From the NCBI RefSeq assembly GCF_009914755.1, contig NC_060937.1: a DNA stretch of 64,000 bases, one strand, 5' to 3'. Positions 16,705 through 31,976 of the stretch are shown one piece after another; positions within the stretch are counted from its first letter, which is position 1; every line of letters begins with the position of its first letter. Source of the DNA: the human T2T-CHM13v2.0 reference genome, Homo sapiens. Under the pieces are notes generated by a model. That model searched no databases. It had not been told where the DNA came from and saw only the letters and a list, made by a program, of their open reading frames with translations. The translations under genes and the position numbers were made by a program.

Positions 16705-19700
16705 CAGGAGCCTCCTGTCCCCACTGGGTTCCAAACTGGCAGTGCTGCCATGCTGGGGCAACGTCATTCAGTGTCTTCTCGGCCTTCAAAAGGCTTGGAC
16801 AGACTGTTCTCCCTCTTGTTACCTGTAGGGCTTTTTCTAAAGAGGATGGCAGAACTTCCAACGTGTAGCAATACTATAAGAACCAAGGTAGCTTAGAACG
16901 TCCTGGACAGACTCCACTCATCATGCTGTGTGGCACAAATGTGTTACATTTGACCGAGCATATGCAACTCGCTACTGAAGAAGTGACTTCCGTTGCATAC
17001 CAAAGCCGACTACACTGAACAGTACCTTCCTTTCTAGAAACAATTTTAGATTGGCAAAAGTGCAATGTTTTCTTCACTCAAAAAATTTTATATTCTCAAA
17101 CATGTATATTCTTTCCCTGTCTTGTTCCATTTTCTTTTCTTTTTTCTTTTTTCTTTTTCCTTTCTTTCGTGGGCTGAGAAAGGGGCAGGCAAAATGAAGC
17201 TGGCCACTGAAAACTGTAAGATGGTCAAAAGCTGACAGCCTGTGTATGTGAAAAGGGAATTGTAAATGGACTGCAATGTAATGTACACTGTAATTTGAAT
17301 ACAATTACTGTATCTAAAAGGAGCTGCTATGAAGTACCTTTCTTATGTTGCTAGGCTACTGTTTCTGAAAGCCCTGGATCTCTTTGCACCAAAAATGGTC
17401 CAGATAGACTCTTTTTAAGGATCTTGGCTGCTTTTTACTAGAAGGTTGCTTTTATGAGCATATTTATACTGCTGAAGGATGAGTGTTAATTTTAATTAAC
17501 TTTGCCGTTTTGTAGAGAAAACTATTCACAAGATAAATTCCAAGTCTTTTCACCTGTCAGGCATGCATATTTTAATATCTGTTTGGATAGTCAGAAGTAG
17601 AATCATAAAGGTAAAATATGAGTTGTTACTTTGTTTCTTCGATGTCATATTTTATGTGTAATATATATGTAAAGGGCCATTCTTAAGTTCTCTCCTTAAA
17701 CTTAATGCTGTCAAGTGTTAGATGTGTGCATGTGAACTTGTTGCACTGCAGAAACATATTCAGAGTTTATCTATGTAACTTATTCACTCTGTAAATACAT
17801 TTAAAGTTTTTGTGATGTAAGCTTAATTGATATTCTGTTCAGAACTTTCTTTAGACTAAAAAAAAAAAAAAAAGACAAAATACACGTTGACCATGGACTT
17901 TATTTCTGGTTAATGAAAATGTTTGTCCTGGGCACACATGAAGTTTTGCATGTGGGTTGCCAAAGTAATAACCCCAAGGGGCACCCCTCGCATGTATGAT
18001 CTGAATGGCACCCGTGGGGGTCATGCCATGCATGGCCCTGTGAAGCTGGAGGTAAGTATTATCTCTTTGGAAGTTGGCATCAAAACTGTGAGCTTCAACC
18101 AATTCTCTGTAATCAACCAAAGAGAAAAATCAGAAAAAAGTGAGAGCTCTAATTCTCCATAACCTATAATTAGGTTGTCATCCTTCAAATTTGGAAGTTA
18201 ATTCTATAGTGAGCAGGAAAAAGTAGTAGAGTTGTAATTCTGTCACCAACACCTATCCCCCAGGAACACAGGGAGAAACATGTAACAATCTCATTTATGC
18301 CGTCTTTCTACTCATATTTTACATGGACCAACAAATATAGCTTGCTTTACTAGCATATGGCTACTGAATCATTGGCAGTAATATTCTAGGAGTATTCTAT
18401 AGAAGAGAGCCTAACCTAGGATTTTTTTTAAATCCTAGTAGTTGCTACAGATGCAACTACTAGATTTTAATAATTTTCTGGACTGCTGAAAACATATTTT
18501 TCTGATGATTTATTTTTTTCAACTTGCCTGAAAGATGATTTGCTATGATTTGTAGAAACAACTGAATCATGATCTCTCTGAAAAATATCATAAAATAAAG
18601 GTTTCTGTGGCTAACCACAGTAGACAACTTTCAGAGAGTTTTGTTGGGAGCCACAGTAGAAAGAACAGATTCGTCATGAACTGAGTTTTCTACCATGGCT
18701 TCTTACCCAGCAGAGAACCACCGTGATGGTTTACTCTTAAAAAGGGAAGGAAAAAAAAAAAGGATTTCAACAGTACATTACAATCCAAGATATTAACATA
18801 GGAAGCAGTGGTCTGTGTTTTTCTCAATTTTATTTTTAAAAGGAGATGTATTAATGTGAAAGGTTTCTTCTACTTTTCCTCTATCTCTTCACCTCCTCTA
18901 CTTTAAGTGGAGATGGGAAAAATTGTGTAGGATGCAGCCCCACGCCAGCAGAGCCCAGCAATAACTTTAGATCTACCAGTCAAATCTTGTCGGCTATTGC
19001 TCTGTGCCTCTGTTACAGAAGCATTAATGTTAATTGCCTTCCCCAGGGATACAAAGAAGTAGAAGTACCAAAGGAAAGGGTAGATATTTAACAGATGCCT
19101 CAGTGATAAGAAAGATGCCTCCTTGTGTCTCACTGTTTTCTAGCACTGAAACATGATACACTTTGTATCCACCTGCAGAATAAAGCAATCCAGACAGGCG
19201 CTCTGTAACTTAGACATCACTTGATTAAAATTATAGTCTCCAAATATAGTGTTTTAGAAAAGGCACTGCACATTTTTAGAGGCACGTGAATGTCATTCCC
19301 ACCTCTAACCCATCTAACATCGGTGAGATGTTAAGAAAATGTGCCGATGTTACTGTGAAATAAAGATGCCTGTAATTAATTGTAGGCATCACACACATGC
19401 GTGAACATCCAGAGTTAGGTCTCAAGGCTCTTCTGGTTCTAAGTCCTAACAAACAATGATCTTTTCAGTGAACTGTAGAATTCTGGAAAGAATAAGCGTA
19501 CCTCCAGGCTGCTTACATCAATAGCTTACACGTGCTTCCTGATGCCTGCCTTAACAACAAAAAATTCGTGTCCATAGGTGAGTATTAGGGTATGTTCATT
19601 GTATCTCAATGAAACTAGTTTTTAAAGTTTTCAATGCATTTGTTTGAGATCAATTAATATTTGGATACCTATCATGACCCAGGATATTTCTTTGTTCAGC

Positions 19701-20370
19701 AAATATTTATTGCATGCCCACTCTGGGCTAGGCACTGTTTTAGAGGACACCGCAGCTATCAAGGCAGATGTGGTCCCTGTTCCCATGAGGCTCCTACATT
19801 TGAGTGGAGGAAGATGTACTTGTCTACGTTGGGTGATGATTAGTGCCATGAAGAACAAAACGGATACAGTGAGTAATGTGGACAGGGCTATCTTAGCTAT
19901 CACTCTAATAAGGTGATATCTGAGGAGAGATCTGAATGAAGTGAGGATACAATGGATATCCAAGGAAAAGAGCATTCCAGCAAAGGAAAAAACACATGCA
20001 GAGACCCTGAAGGAGAAGCAGGGTCACTTTGTCAAAGGGACAGCAAGGAAGCCAATGACCGGGTGAAATGAGTGAAGAGAGCGTTCAGAGAGGAGAGCCA
20101 AAAGCTCTGTGGGCCACGGCAGGACTTTGTCCCTTGCTGAGCAAGATGGGAAGCCACTGAATGTTTGCGGGCAGGGTAGTGACATGCTGTGACTTATGTT
20201 TAAAAGGATTACTCCTTCATAGCGATGAAGAAAAGCTCTATAACAAGAGTTCCGTTGTGGTGGTTATACAGCATTGTGAATGTACTTAATGCCAATGAAT
20301 TGTGTACTTTAAAATGGTAAATTTTATGTTATATATGTTTTACCACAATAAAAATAATTTTTTTAAAGGA
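16705..20370 (+). other. FRY: FRY 3'UTR (end uncertain; candidate AATAAA at 18594, 19179, 19359, 20347)
   Basis: Follows stop codon; AU-rich; several hexamers; true cleavage site cannot be read from sequence. Confidence 0.5.
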
Positions 20371-20790
20371 TCATTCTGGCTGCTATGTGCAGAATAGACT
20401 GCAGATGGGCAGAGGTAGAAGCAGGAAGACTAGAGAGATGGCTGTGGCAACAGTGCAGTCACCAGGCGATGCTGGCTTGGGCTAGGGTACTAGCAAGGGA
20501 TATGATTAGTTGTGGGCATATTCTGGAAATAGTTCAGAGCTAGAGCTGACAGGGCTTACCAATGACACGTGGAATGGGAGAGAGTTTAGCCCAAACAGCT
20601 GGAGGAATGGAGTTTCCACTAACTGAGATGCGGGAATGCATGTTTGGGAGATAGAAACCAAGATTTATTCTTCAGACATGTTAACTTTGAGATGTCTGAT
20701 ATCCAAGACAAGATGGTGAGTAAACAGGTGGATGTGTGAGTCTGTTGTTGAGGAGCAAAGTCTGGGCTAAAGACACACATATGGCATTTA
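19690..20790 (-). mobile_element. L2 fragment with a short L1M 3' end inserted (~20245-20360)
   Basis: ttcagcaaatatttattg...ctaggcactgtt L2 3' motif; L1M-type tail ending aataaaaa. Confidence 0.65.
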
Positions 20791-20869
20791 AAGCCCCTGA
20801 GAAAAAAGTAGGATACTCCCCTGTCTTGTCCAGCCGGGACTGGGATCTCTCATAAAAATTAGAGTGTAG

Positions 20870-21200
20870 GTAATGGGCTCAAAATTTCAGATGCACATTA
20901 AATCATGTCAGGGACTTAAAACCCCAACGCTCAGCCTTCGTCTTAATTGATGTAATTGGTCTGAAGCTGTGCTCAAACTCCAGTGCTGTTTAAGTTTCCC
21001 CAGATGATTCTAATCCACTGCCAAGATTGGAACATTGCTTTCTCCTTTCTAGACCTAAGAGTCACCCCAGGGTATTTGTCAAAAATGCAGAATCCCTCAG
21101 GTTGACCCCTCTGGAGACCAGTTTGGTAAATCCAGCGCAGGATCCCTCAAATCAGCATTGTAACAGCCACTCCACTTTGAAAGACACTGAACTAGGAGAA
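20870..21200. mobile_element. MER5-like hAT fragments (similar pieces near 21670-21820 and 23235-23395)
   Basis: cccagatgattctaat / aaatgcagaatc / tactgaatcagaatct motifs. Confidence 0.5.
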
Positions 21201-24200
21201 ACTTCCTATATAGCGAAGTGCTCTTTCTTCTAAAGCACACCCCCAGTTGTTTTTCCACGTAGGCTGTTGGTGTAGTAATTCTACCCAAATCTGTCATTGA
21301 TCTTTTTGTAACTTTGTTTCCTATTTGAGGTCACAGTGAGTGAGTGACTAGAATTTACTGCATCCACTTACAGATCAGTTTCCTGGCAGATGCCTCCTTC
21401 TCTGTCACCATCTTCTGTAATCCAGATCCTTCTTTTAACAGCAAACTTGAATAGATATTGTATTCGATTTTCAGATTCCAAGAACTTGGGCCACCTGGTG
21501 CGAACTTCCAGGAGCTCCTCGGCCAGGAGAACAAAGAGATTCCTCCCGGTCCCCTTTACTATGTCCAACCCTTCTCTCCTCATCTCTATTTCGAAAAGCC
21601 CAGAGACTTTGAAATTCTTGCCACCTGGCTGTACTAGCCACTTCCTTCCCCAACTCCATCACTGTCATCCACAGCAGTGGCTGTGACCCTCAGCTGCATT
21701 AGAAGCACTGGGGAAGCTTTTTAAAAATTCTGAGGCTTGGGCCCCCCTCCGGATCCCGTAAATCCTTTCTAACGCTCCTCTGATGATTTTGAATTGCAAC
21801 CGCGCTTGGGAACTGGTGACCTAAAGCCCTCCTGCTTCCTGCCCCTTATTCATCGGAGAGACTAGAGCTTCTTGCTCACCCCAGCTTCCGATGTCGTTTC
21901 CAGGACTTCAGGAGTCTTGTGTATAACCTGTATGAAATCTTTTCCCTCTCATCCTGTTAACATTCTTACCTCCAGGCATTTTCACTCTTTTCTACCTTAG
22001 CCACCCAATTTCCTGGCTATACCAAAACCTGATCCATAGCAGTAAGTGAACCAGCTCCAGAATCCCACCTTCAGGCCCCCTACTCAGGAATTTTCCCAGT
22101 TCCCCTTTACTCCAGCCCCCACCCCTCTGACAATTCTCCCATCATGAATATCAGTCTGTGGCCCTCACAGGTCTTTACTCTTCTTTGGAGCATGTTTAAA
22201 TTCCATGGGTCATTATAATCCCTCTCTTGCTGACATTCACAAGGGATGCCCTACCCCTGTCTTACTCAGCTGGTTAAACCCCAAGCCTGGCTGAACCTAA
22301 AACTGACTCTTCCCACACCTGCACCAGAAGTGTGACATTAGTAGGATGAAGATATTACTAGAATGCAAGTCACACATGTAGTGTCGCACTAACAATGACA
22401 CTGGTAATGTTACATTTCTAGTCATATCTTCACTACTAGAAGTGTCTTCATTACTAGAAGTGTGACATTACTAGTATGCAACTACAACCAAGAAAATCTC
22501 AAATCTCAACACTATGAGACAATCTTGTAATACACTTATGCCTTCCTGATCATTTCAATTTCCTAATGCCTGAGAGAGTTATTTCTCATATTTTCCTCCC
22601 TCCTCAGCATCCTACCTGTCTCAGCTGATGGCTTTGCTTCATAATTCATTGAGTAAACAAATGAGTCTCACCTTCCCCACCAAAAATATAAAGTTATCTT
22701 TAACTAGCCCTATATTCTAGGTGCTTCATCCTTTATAATCAAAGGGATATCACTGCTCCCCTCAGGGGCCAATTGCTCCACTGGCGCTCTGGACCCCATC
22801 TCTGCTGCCTATTCAAGGGCTTTGCTCCCGCAGACATTCCCCTCTCTGCTCTGCCATCAGCTTCTCTAAACGATTCCCTTTAATATGCCAACATACTCTG
22901 CGCCTCCACTTTCCCCAAATGCCATTCTAGCTATCACCAGTTTCTCTGCTTTCTTACAGCAAAACATCTAAGAAGTACTACTTCTGTTCACTGTTTGGAC
23001 TTTAACGCTGCTTCCGTCCACACCACTCCAAGGAAACTTCTCTCTTCAACCTCCCCCATCACCTCCATGCTGCCAAATCCAATGGACCTGTCGTCACCTT
23101 TCTCGACCTCCCGGCAGGATTTGACTCAGTCGACTTTCCTACCTTCTGGAAATACTGTTTAATCTTCATTTTCATCTCGTCATCCTCTTCCTATCCCTCT
23201 TAACTTCATCTTTCATCTAACCACTAAGTTCCTGCTGCTCCAAGTATAGTCTGGGGAACCAGCAGCATTGATGGCATCTGGGAGCTTCCTAGATTTGCAG
23301 TCTCAGACCCCAGACCTACTGAATCAGAATCTTCATTTAACAAGCTCACCCAATGACTCCTGGGATGTTAAGGTTTTAGAATCATTACTCTAAGTGTTGG
23401 TACACCCCAGAGCCCTGTGTTGTACTCCCTTTTTTTTCCTGCTTCTATGAAACTATATTTTTTAATTTTTAAAATTTTTTTATTTCCATAGGTTATTGGG
23501 GAACAGGTGTTATTTGGTTATGTGAGTCAGTTAATTAGTGGTGATTTGTGAGATTTTGGTGCAGGTGATTCCATCCAGGCCCATGGCTTTAAAAACTACT
23601 TGTTATCTCCAAATCTATCCCTAGCCCTGACTTATCTCCTAAATTCCAGACACATATACCCAATAGGCTACATGACATCTACCATTTGGATGTCTCCAAC
23701 ACTTCAAACTTATGTTGAAAACAGAAGCCCATCCCCACATCACTAAATAGCTCCACTAAAATAAGAGGTAAATGTATTGAGCCCTCAAAGTGACAGGCAC
23801 TAATTATTCTAAGTGATGAACATGCCTCAACTCCTTTAGTTCGTCTCTTGATGGTGTGAGGACTATCACTATCCCCATTTTACAGATAGGTAAACTGAGA
23901 GGTAGAGAGTAACTTGCCCAAAATTATCTCTTAAGTAAGTACAGCACCCACGATTTGCAATTAGGTAACCTGACTCCAGAACATGCTTCCTACCTGGTAT
24001 AGCTCTCAATTCCATTCACCCTACAGCTCAAAGCACAATATTGAGTCATTGTTTATTTCCTCCATCTTCCACTGCCAGCCCTGCACATTTTCAAACATTA
24101 TCTTAAACCCATGGATTTCTCTTCGTCTCCCTGGCCATCACCCTTGTCCAAGCCATCAATTTGCTCATGTGTTCATTAACCTCACAACTGGTCTCCCGCT

Positions 24201-24958
24201 AAAGGGAGCTTTTTGAAGTGAGAATGTGTCTGCACTGTTGAAAGCCCCTCATGGGCTGTCATTTGCTTAAACATGGCCTTGAGAATCCTTTGTGATCAGA
24301 GCCCTGTCTTCTGCAGCCTCATGTCCCACATCAGCCCCAGGGGGCTCCTATTCCTCAGCCCCTCAATGCCTTTATTCCTGCTGTTCCCTTGGATCAAAAC
24401 CATCTTCTCCCTGCTCCCTTCATCCTGCGAGTCTCAATCTCATGTCACCTCTTCCCAGCCAACGTGTCTAAAAGGTTACTCTATCATAGCACCCTATTTC
24501 CTTCATGGCATTTATCACAATCTGAACTTGAGAAGTATAAATGTAATTGTGAAAGCATGGAGCAAGTCCTACTCTACCTGGTTTAAATCCTGGCACTCTG
24601 CTCTGGCCTCTGTGTGCCTCTATCTCCTCATCTATGAGAAGGTATAATAGCTCCTACTTCATATGGGTGCTGTAGTGAGTAATAGCAATGCATGGCACAT
24701 GCTAAAGGCTGCTTCTGCATTTGCTATAGTTGTGTATACTTGGAGGAAGGACCTTGCCCCTTCATCATCTCTATATATAATGCTTAGAACCAGTGCTTAG
24801 AACGTCCGACTTATAAAAATTTGTCAAAAGAATGGCTATTTTTCTTCATTGTTCCCCTTCATATAAGTGACAGTATCTACCATTTCCCAATGCCATATAT
24901 TGATGTTTTTACCCTAGGATCACCAATTAATGTGGCTTCATGGTCTAGTTCACATGCA

Positions 24959-24969
24959 TTTATTTTATT
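24959..24969 (-). terminator. ZAR1L: ZAR1L polyadenylation signal (overlapping AATAAAATAAA)
   Basis: tttattttatt on + strand, ~155 nt past the ZAR1L stop codon. Confidence 0.7.
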
Positions 24970-25123
24970 CTATTCACATTGTACAATTGTTACACAATCT
25001 ACAAAAAGTACAAAAGCCTAGCCATTTTCCGATGCCAGGTCAGAGCCAAGTTGCAAAAAAGGAAGACAGCACAGTAAGTTACAAGAAGAGCTCAGGGGTC
25101 CATTACAAGTCACACTGTACAAG

Positions 25124-25267
25124 TCACATCACATATTTAAAGCTGTAAATATTGCCACAGGAGAATCTCTTGTCTTTGCAGCGACCACACAGTTCCTGTC
25201 GATGAGGCCTCCTTAGATCAATGTGTCTCTTCTTTTGAGGACAGGAACAATGAGACTTTGAGCAGGT
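25124..25267 (-). CDS. ZAR1L: ZAR1L last coding exon TCSKSHCSCPQKKRHIDLRRPHRQELCGRCKDKRFSCGNIYSFKYVM*
   Basis: Manual minus-strand translation; cctaaag acceptor; Cys/His-rich ZAR1-family C-terminus; TGA. Confidence 0.93.
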   Translation of the reverse strand, partial: TCSKSHCSCPQKKRHIDLRRPHRQELCGRCKDKRFSCGNIYSFKYVM

Positions 25268-25724
25268 CTTTAGGAAACAAAGAAGAGTTTGGACGCTAAA
25301 TGATCAGTTTAGTGTTTCAAATGTAACCCTCAAATCACAGTACTTCTCCCTATTACCCTATCCCTGAAACCTTCATCCTCTGAGTCCTACGAGAAGGCCA
25401 AGACCAAGTTGTACAAAATTACTTGTATCACATTAAATGTCAGATATTTTTTCAAGATGAATGATCACAGAAGATATTCAAGAGAATACTGCAGAGCCAA
25501 TCAAGACAACATAATGTAAAAGGAATTTAAGAGTTTTGTAGAATTTCTTCCCTATGTAGATTTTTACATTTGTAGCTGAACCAGTCAAGGCAACATAATG
25601 TAAGAGAAAAAAATAAGTCAAGAGTTTTATAGCGTTTCTTCACTCTGCAGATGTTTAGATTTGTAGGCAGGTCAGGGTGAGTGGCAGTGGGTAGGAATAA
25701 AATGAACATTTTAAAAAGACTAGA

Positions 25725-25840
25725 GCAGATGTTCTCAACCAGGGGTGATTTTACTCCCCCATCTCCAACCCCAGTGGACATCTGGCAATGTCTGAATATA
25801 TTTTGGGTTGTTAAAACTGGGAGAGAAGGGTATTCTGGAG
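25725..25840 (+). mobile_element. MER20 fragment
   Basis: gttctcaaccaggggtgatttt...tggcaatgtctg matches recalled consensus start. Confidence 0.65.
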
Positions 25841-26053
25841 GAAACTAAATGTTTCTTTTCTTCTTCTTTTCGATGTGCCCAATCTTTACTAGGATCTAAA
25901 ATAGTTTCTTTCAACCATTATCTCATTTCTGTCTTCCAATAATTAAAACTAATATCCTATGGAAACTGGTACAGTACCCTGGTTCCATCCCCCCAACCCT
26001 GCCATTCTATTTTCTACATGTCCCATAGCCACATGGAATAAGTCAAGATTTAC

Positions 26054-26357
26054 CTTTTTTTTTTTTTTTTTTTGAAATGGAGTCTCGCTCTGTCGCCCAG
26101 TCTGGAGTGCAGTGGTGAGATCTTGGCTCACTGCAACCTCCGTCTCCTGGGTTCAAGCAATTGTCTCTGCCTCAGCTTCCTGAGTAGCTGGAATTACAGG
26201 CAATCGCCACTATGCCCAGCTAATTTTTGTATTTTTTAGTAGAGATGGGGTTTCACCATGTTGGCCACACTGGTCTTGAACTCCTGACCTGAGGTGATCC
26301 GTCCGCCTTGGCCTCCCAAAGCGCTGGGATTACAAGAGTGAGCCACCATGCCTGGCC
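26054..26357 (-). mobile_element. AluS
   Basis: Reverse Alu; TSD aagat(t/g)tacct. Confidence 0.92.
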
Positions 26358-26471
26358 AAGATGTACCTTTCTATATTGTGAAAATAGACATTTTTATTCT
26401 GCTAAATGCAGTCTTAAACATTATTTAATAAACTGTTCTGTTGAAGAATATGCCTCCTTATGAGAAAATTC

Positions 26472-26772
26472 CTTTTTTTTTTTCTTTTTTTGAGACAGAG
26501 TCTCGCTCTTTTGCCCAGGCTGGACTGCAGTGGCGCTATCTTGGCTCACTGCAAGCTCCGCCTCCCGGGTTCACGCCATTCTCCTGCCTCAGCCTCCTGA
26601 GTAGCTGGGACTACAGGCGCCTGCCACTGCACCCGGCTAATTTTTTGTATTTTTAGTAGAGATGGGGTTTCACCATGTTAGCCAGGGTGGTATCGATCTC
26701 CTGACCTCGTGATCCACCCGCCTCGGCCTCCCAAAGTGCTGGGATTACAGGCGTGAGCCACTGCACCCAGCC
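26472..26772 (-). mobile_element. AluY
   Basis: gcaagctccgcctcccgggttcacgccatt diagnostic. Confidence 0.92.
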
Positions 26773-26929
26773 CTTGTAAGAAAATTCTAACAAGTAATAC
26801 TCACATGGTGTTTACTATGTGCCTAGCACTCTCTTAAGCACTTTATATACATGAATTCATTTAATTCTCACAACACCCTTACAAAGAAAGGCTCAATAAA
26901 ATAAGGATTTACCCTAAAGGTTGATTTTT

Positions 26930-28900
<1,971 letters not shown>

Positions 28901-29049
28901 AGAAAAGAAAAAGGGGTGGAGAAAAAAGAAAATACATTTAAACCCAGTTTAATAAGTAGTTATATTGAACATCATCATCAAAGAATGTCAGACTAGAAAA
29001 TTAGAGGATGAATCACTTATAAGCTAGTTTTCGAAATGTCAATTAATTT

Positions 29050-29346
<297 letters not shown>

Positions 29347-29931
29347 TATTTATTTCTACTAATTATAGAAAAAGAAGAAATGTTTTTAACTAAGGACTTA
29401 GGTTAAAAAACATATCAATTACAAAAAGCAAGTTAAGGATCTCACCTAGTTCTGTGAATTTCTAAACATTGGAGACACCATAGAATCCAGTCAGAGCTCT
29501 AATACTATCCATCTAACCTTGGGAAAGTTATTTTGAACTTAGCTTTCAGATCTATAAAATAGGAATAACATCTCCCACAAAGATTAGATGACAGGAGGTA
29601 ATGCATGTAAAGCACTATCTCAAAATTTGGCATGTAGTAAAAAATTAACAGCAGTCACCTTTTACATTACTACATTCTAACTATGCCCAGGGTGTCAGAG
29701 GAAAAACAAACACACCCCATAAGGCAACTTGAAATAGTGAATCTTCCCCTCTTTCCCTTCAAAAAAGATGCAAACTAGAATTTATGCTTTCATTGTTCTA
29801 AAATGTAACATCTCAAACATACAGAACACTCACATACCAATATCCAACTCTATCAAATCCTAACATTTTGTCACAGAGGCTTCATTTTAGTAATGAAACA
29901 TAGACACAATGGAAGTGTTCCATATGCTCAC

Positions 29932-30006
29932 CTGACATTGGATTGCTTCTACTCGATAAGGGTTAAAACTCTTTTGGCATTTACAACAGAGTTGTTTGAA
30001 ATAAAC
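29932..30006 (-). CDS. ZAR1L: ZAR1L coding exon VYFKQLCCKCQKSFNPYRVEAIQCQ
   Basis: ttag|GTTTAT...TGTCAG|gtgagc; 75 nt; CxxC zinc-finger part. Confidence 0.93.
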
Positions 30007-30238
30007 CTAAAGAGAAATATGTTTTTTTTTAATACAAGCTTTTATACACACCCACACCCTGCAAAGGCTCCCAGTTCTTAAGTAATCCATTGCATCTTGC
30101 TTTTACCAACTTCTACCCTTGCCTTGCCTTTTATCTTGCTTTTACCAACCTCTACCCTTGGGGTTTCAAGGTGTACTAGTTCTTATTAATCACTTTTTCT
30201 TTGAATCTAATTTTCCTTACCCATAAAATTGGAATACA

Positions 30239-30537
30239 TTTTTTTTTTTTTTGAGATGGAGTTTTGCTCTTGTAATCCAGTCTGGAGTGCAATGGTGGGA
30301 AATCGGCTCACTGCAACCCCCGCCTCCTGGGTTCAAGCGATTCTCCTGCCTCAGCCTCCTGAGTTGCTGGGATTACAGGTGCCCGCCACCACACCCGGCT
30401 AATTTTTTGTATTTTTAGTAGAGACTGGGTTTTGCCATGTTGACCAGGCTGGTCTCAAACTCCTGGCCTTAAATGATCTACCCACCTCGGCCTCCCAAAG
30501 TGCTGGGATTACAAGCCTGAGCCACCGCATCCAGCCA
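30239..30537 (-). mobile_element. AluS
   Basis: Reverse Alu dimer. Confidence 0.9.
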
Positions 30538-31883
30538 GAATAATACGATTAATACTTACTTTTTCCATAGTTCTGAGAACTCCCTAATAATGTACACCAA
30601 GTACCACAGTAGATACTCAATGGGAAGTGGCTGCCATACTTTTTGTCCTTATCTTTTAGCTCTTACATGTTTCATTTTTCAGTATTTCCCGGCTTACACT
30701 TTAAATTACTTGTGGTTACCCATCAATACCACCTGCTTTCTAGGCTTTGTGCAATTTCCTGTGCACATTTTCTCTCTGCCTTGCTTGGTGAACTCTTCCT
30801 CCTATTTATTGTTTCAAATCCTGCTTGGACATCAAGCTGTCTTCCCTCAGACAGAGCTAATACCCTCCTTCCTGTGCTATCTCTGCACTGCTTCCATATG
30901 AAGAAGGATGCTACTGCACGTATTGCCAAATTACATTTTGTTTCCATCACTCGTATCAAAATAAATTCCTTGAGAACAAGTCCTGTGTTTTGTTCTTTGT
31001 ATCCTAGTGCCTTGGAATGTTTGAATTAAACTCATTTTTCTTCTGGCAAGAGAAGGAAGTAAATTCAACTTCAACTTTAAAAATCTATTCACTCTCTAGG
31101 TCTCTAGTAAATGGCTAGTGTGAGAAATCAAGTTTTCATCCGGAACTCAATGCCTTTTTGCCCTCTCTCTCCACAGTCCTTTGGCCAGTAAGGCAATTTC
31201 TAAACATGCGACAGCACAGGGCGTTCACACTCAAATGCTTATGGAGGTTAATAACATCGGGCCACGTAGACTGTTGCAAAACGAGGTGCACAGGGCAAGG
31301 AAAAGAAGAGGAAGCCTTAGGGGCAGCCTGCTGTTCTCATTCTCAAACGAGGGTCTCTAATGACCAGAGCCTACAGGATTCACGAAAATGCAGAAATGCA
31401 GAATTTAATGTGAAGCCTTTTCCAGTCCTAATATGTTGGCAATTAAATTAGGAAGGGGGCAAAAGAAACCTTAGGCGTAGCCTAAGTCTCTTACAGGCAA
31501 ATCTTTACAGTAAGTTTTTTCACTTATTGCCCCACCTTGTGGACAAACAGTGGAAATTTCCTAGCGCTAAGGCCCAGACCTGTTCCAAGCATACCAACTA
31601 AAAAACGGTTAGAAAAACTTCCAATGTAGACAAGAACAAAAGTTCATCTAAGTAACCTGACATCTTGTCATATATAACGCCAGAGTATGGTTCGGAAACC
31701 CAGGTGGACAGTCCGATTCAGTTCCATTCATTCACTGAGCACTTCCTGTACACCTGGCACGGGGGATGCCACCAAGATCAAGACAGGACTATGACAGCCA
31801 TGCTCCCTCAGGAATCAGATTCTTCCCCGCTTACCATCCGTGCCCACCCCATCCTCCTCTCACCTCCTACTCTTTTTATTTAC

Positions 31884-31976
31884 CTTGTTCGTTCCAGAAA
31901 TGCACCACACGTAAGCACTCTCCCACCTGGTCTTACAATCTTTACAGTGGAAATAGCCATATTTTGGTTCCAAAAA
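31884..31976 (-). CDS. ZAR1L: ZAR1L coding exon FLEPKYGYFHCKDCKTRWESAYVWCISGTNK
   Basis: tttcag|TTTTTG...AACAAG|gtaaat; 93 nt; ZAR1-family FLE-KYGYFHCKDC motif. Confidence 0.94.

Noticed and set aside
22325-22482. CRISPR-like repeat array
   Set aside because: Irregular spacing, mixed orientation, eukaryotic context, no cas genes
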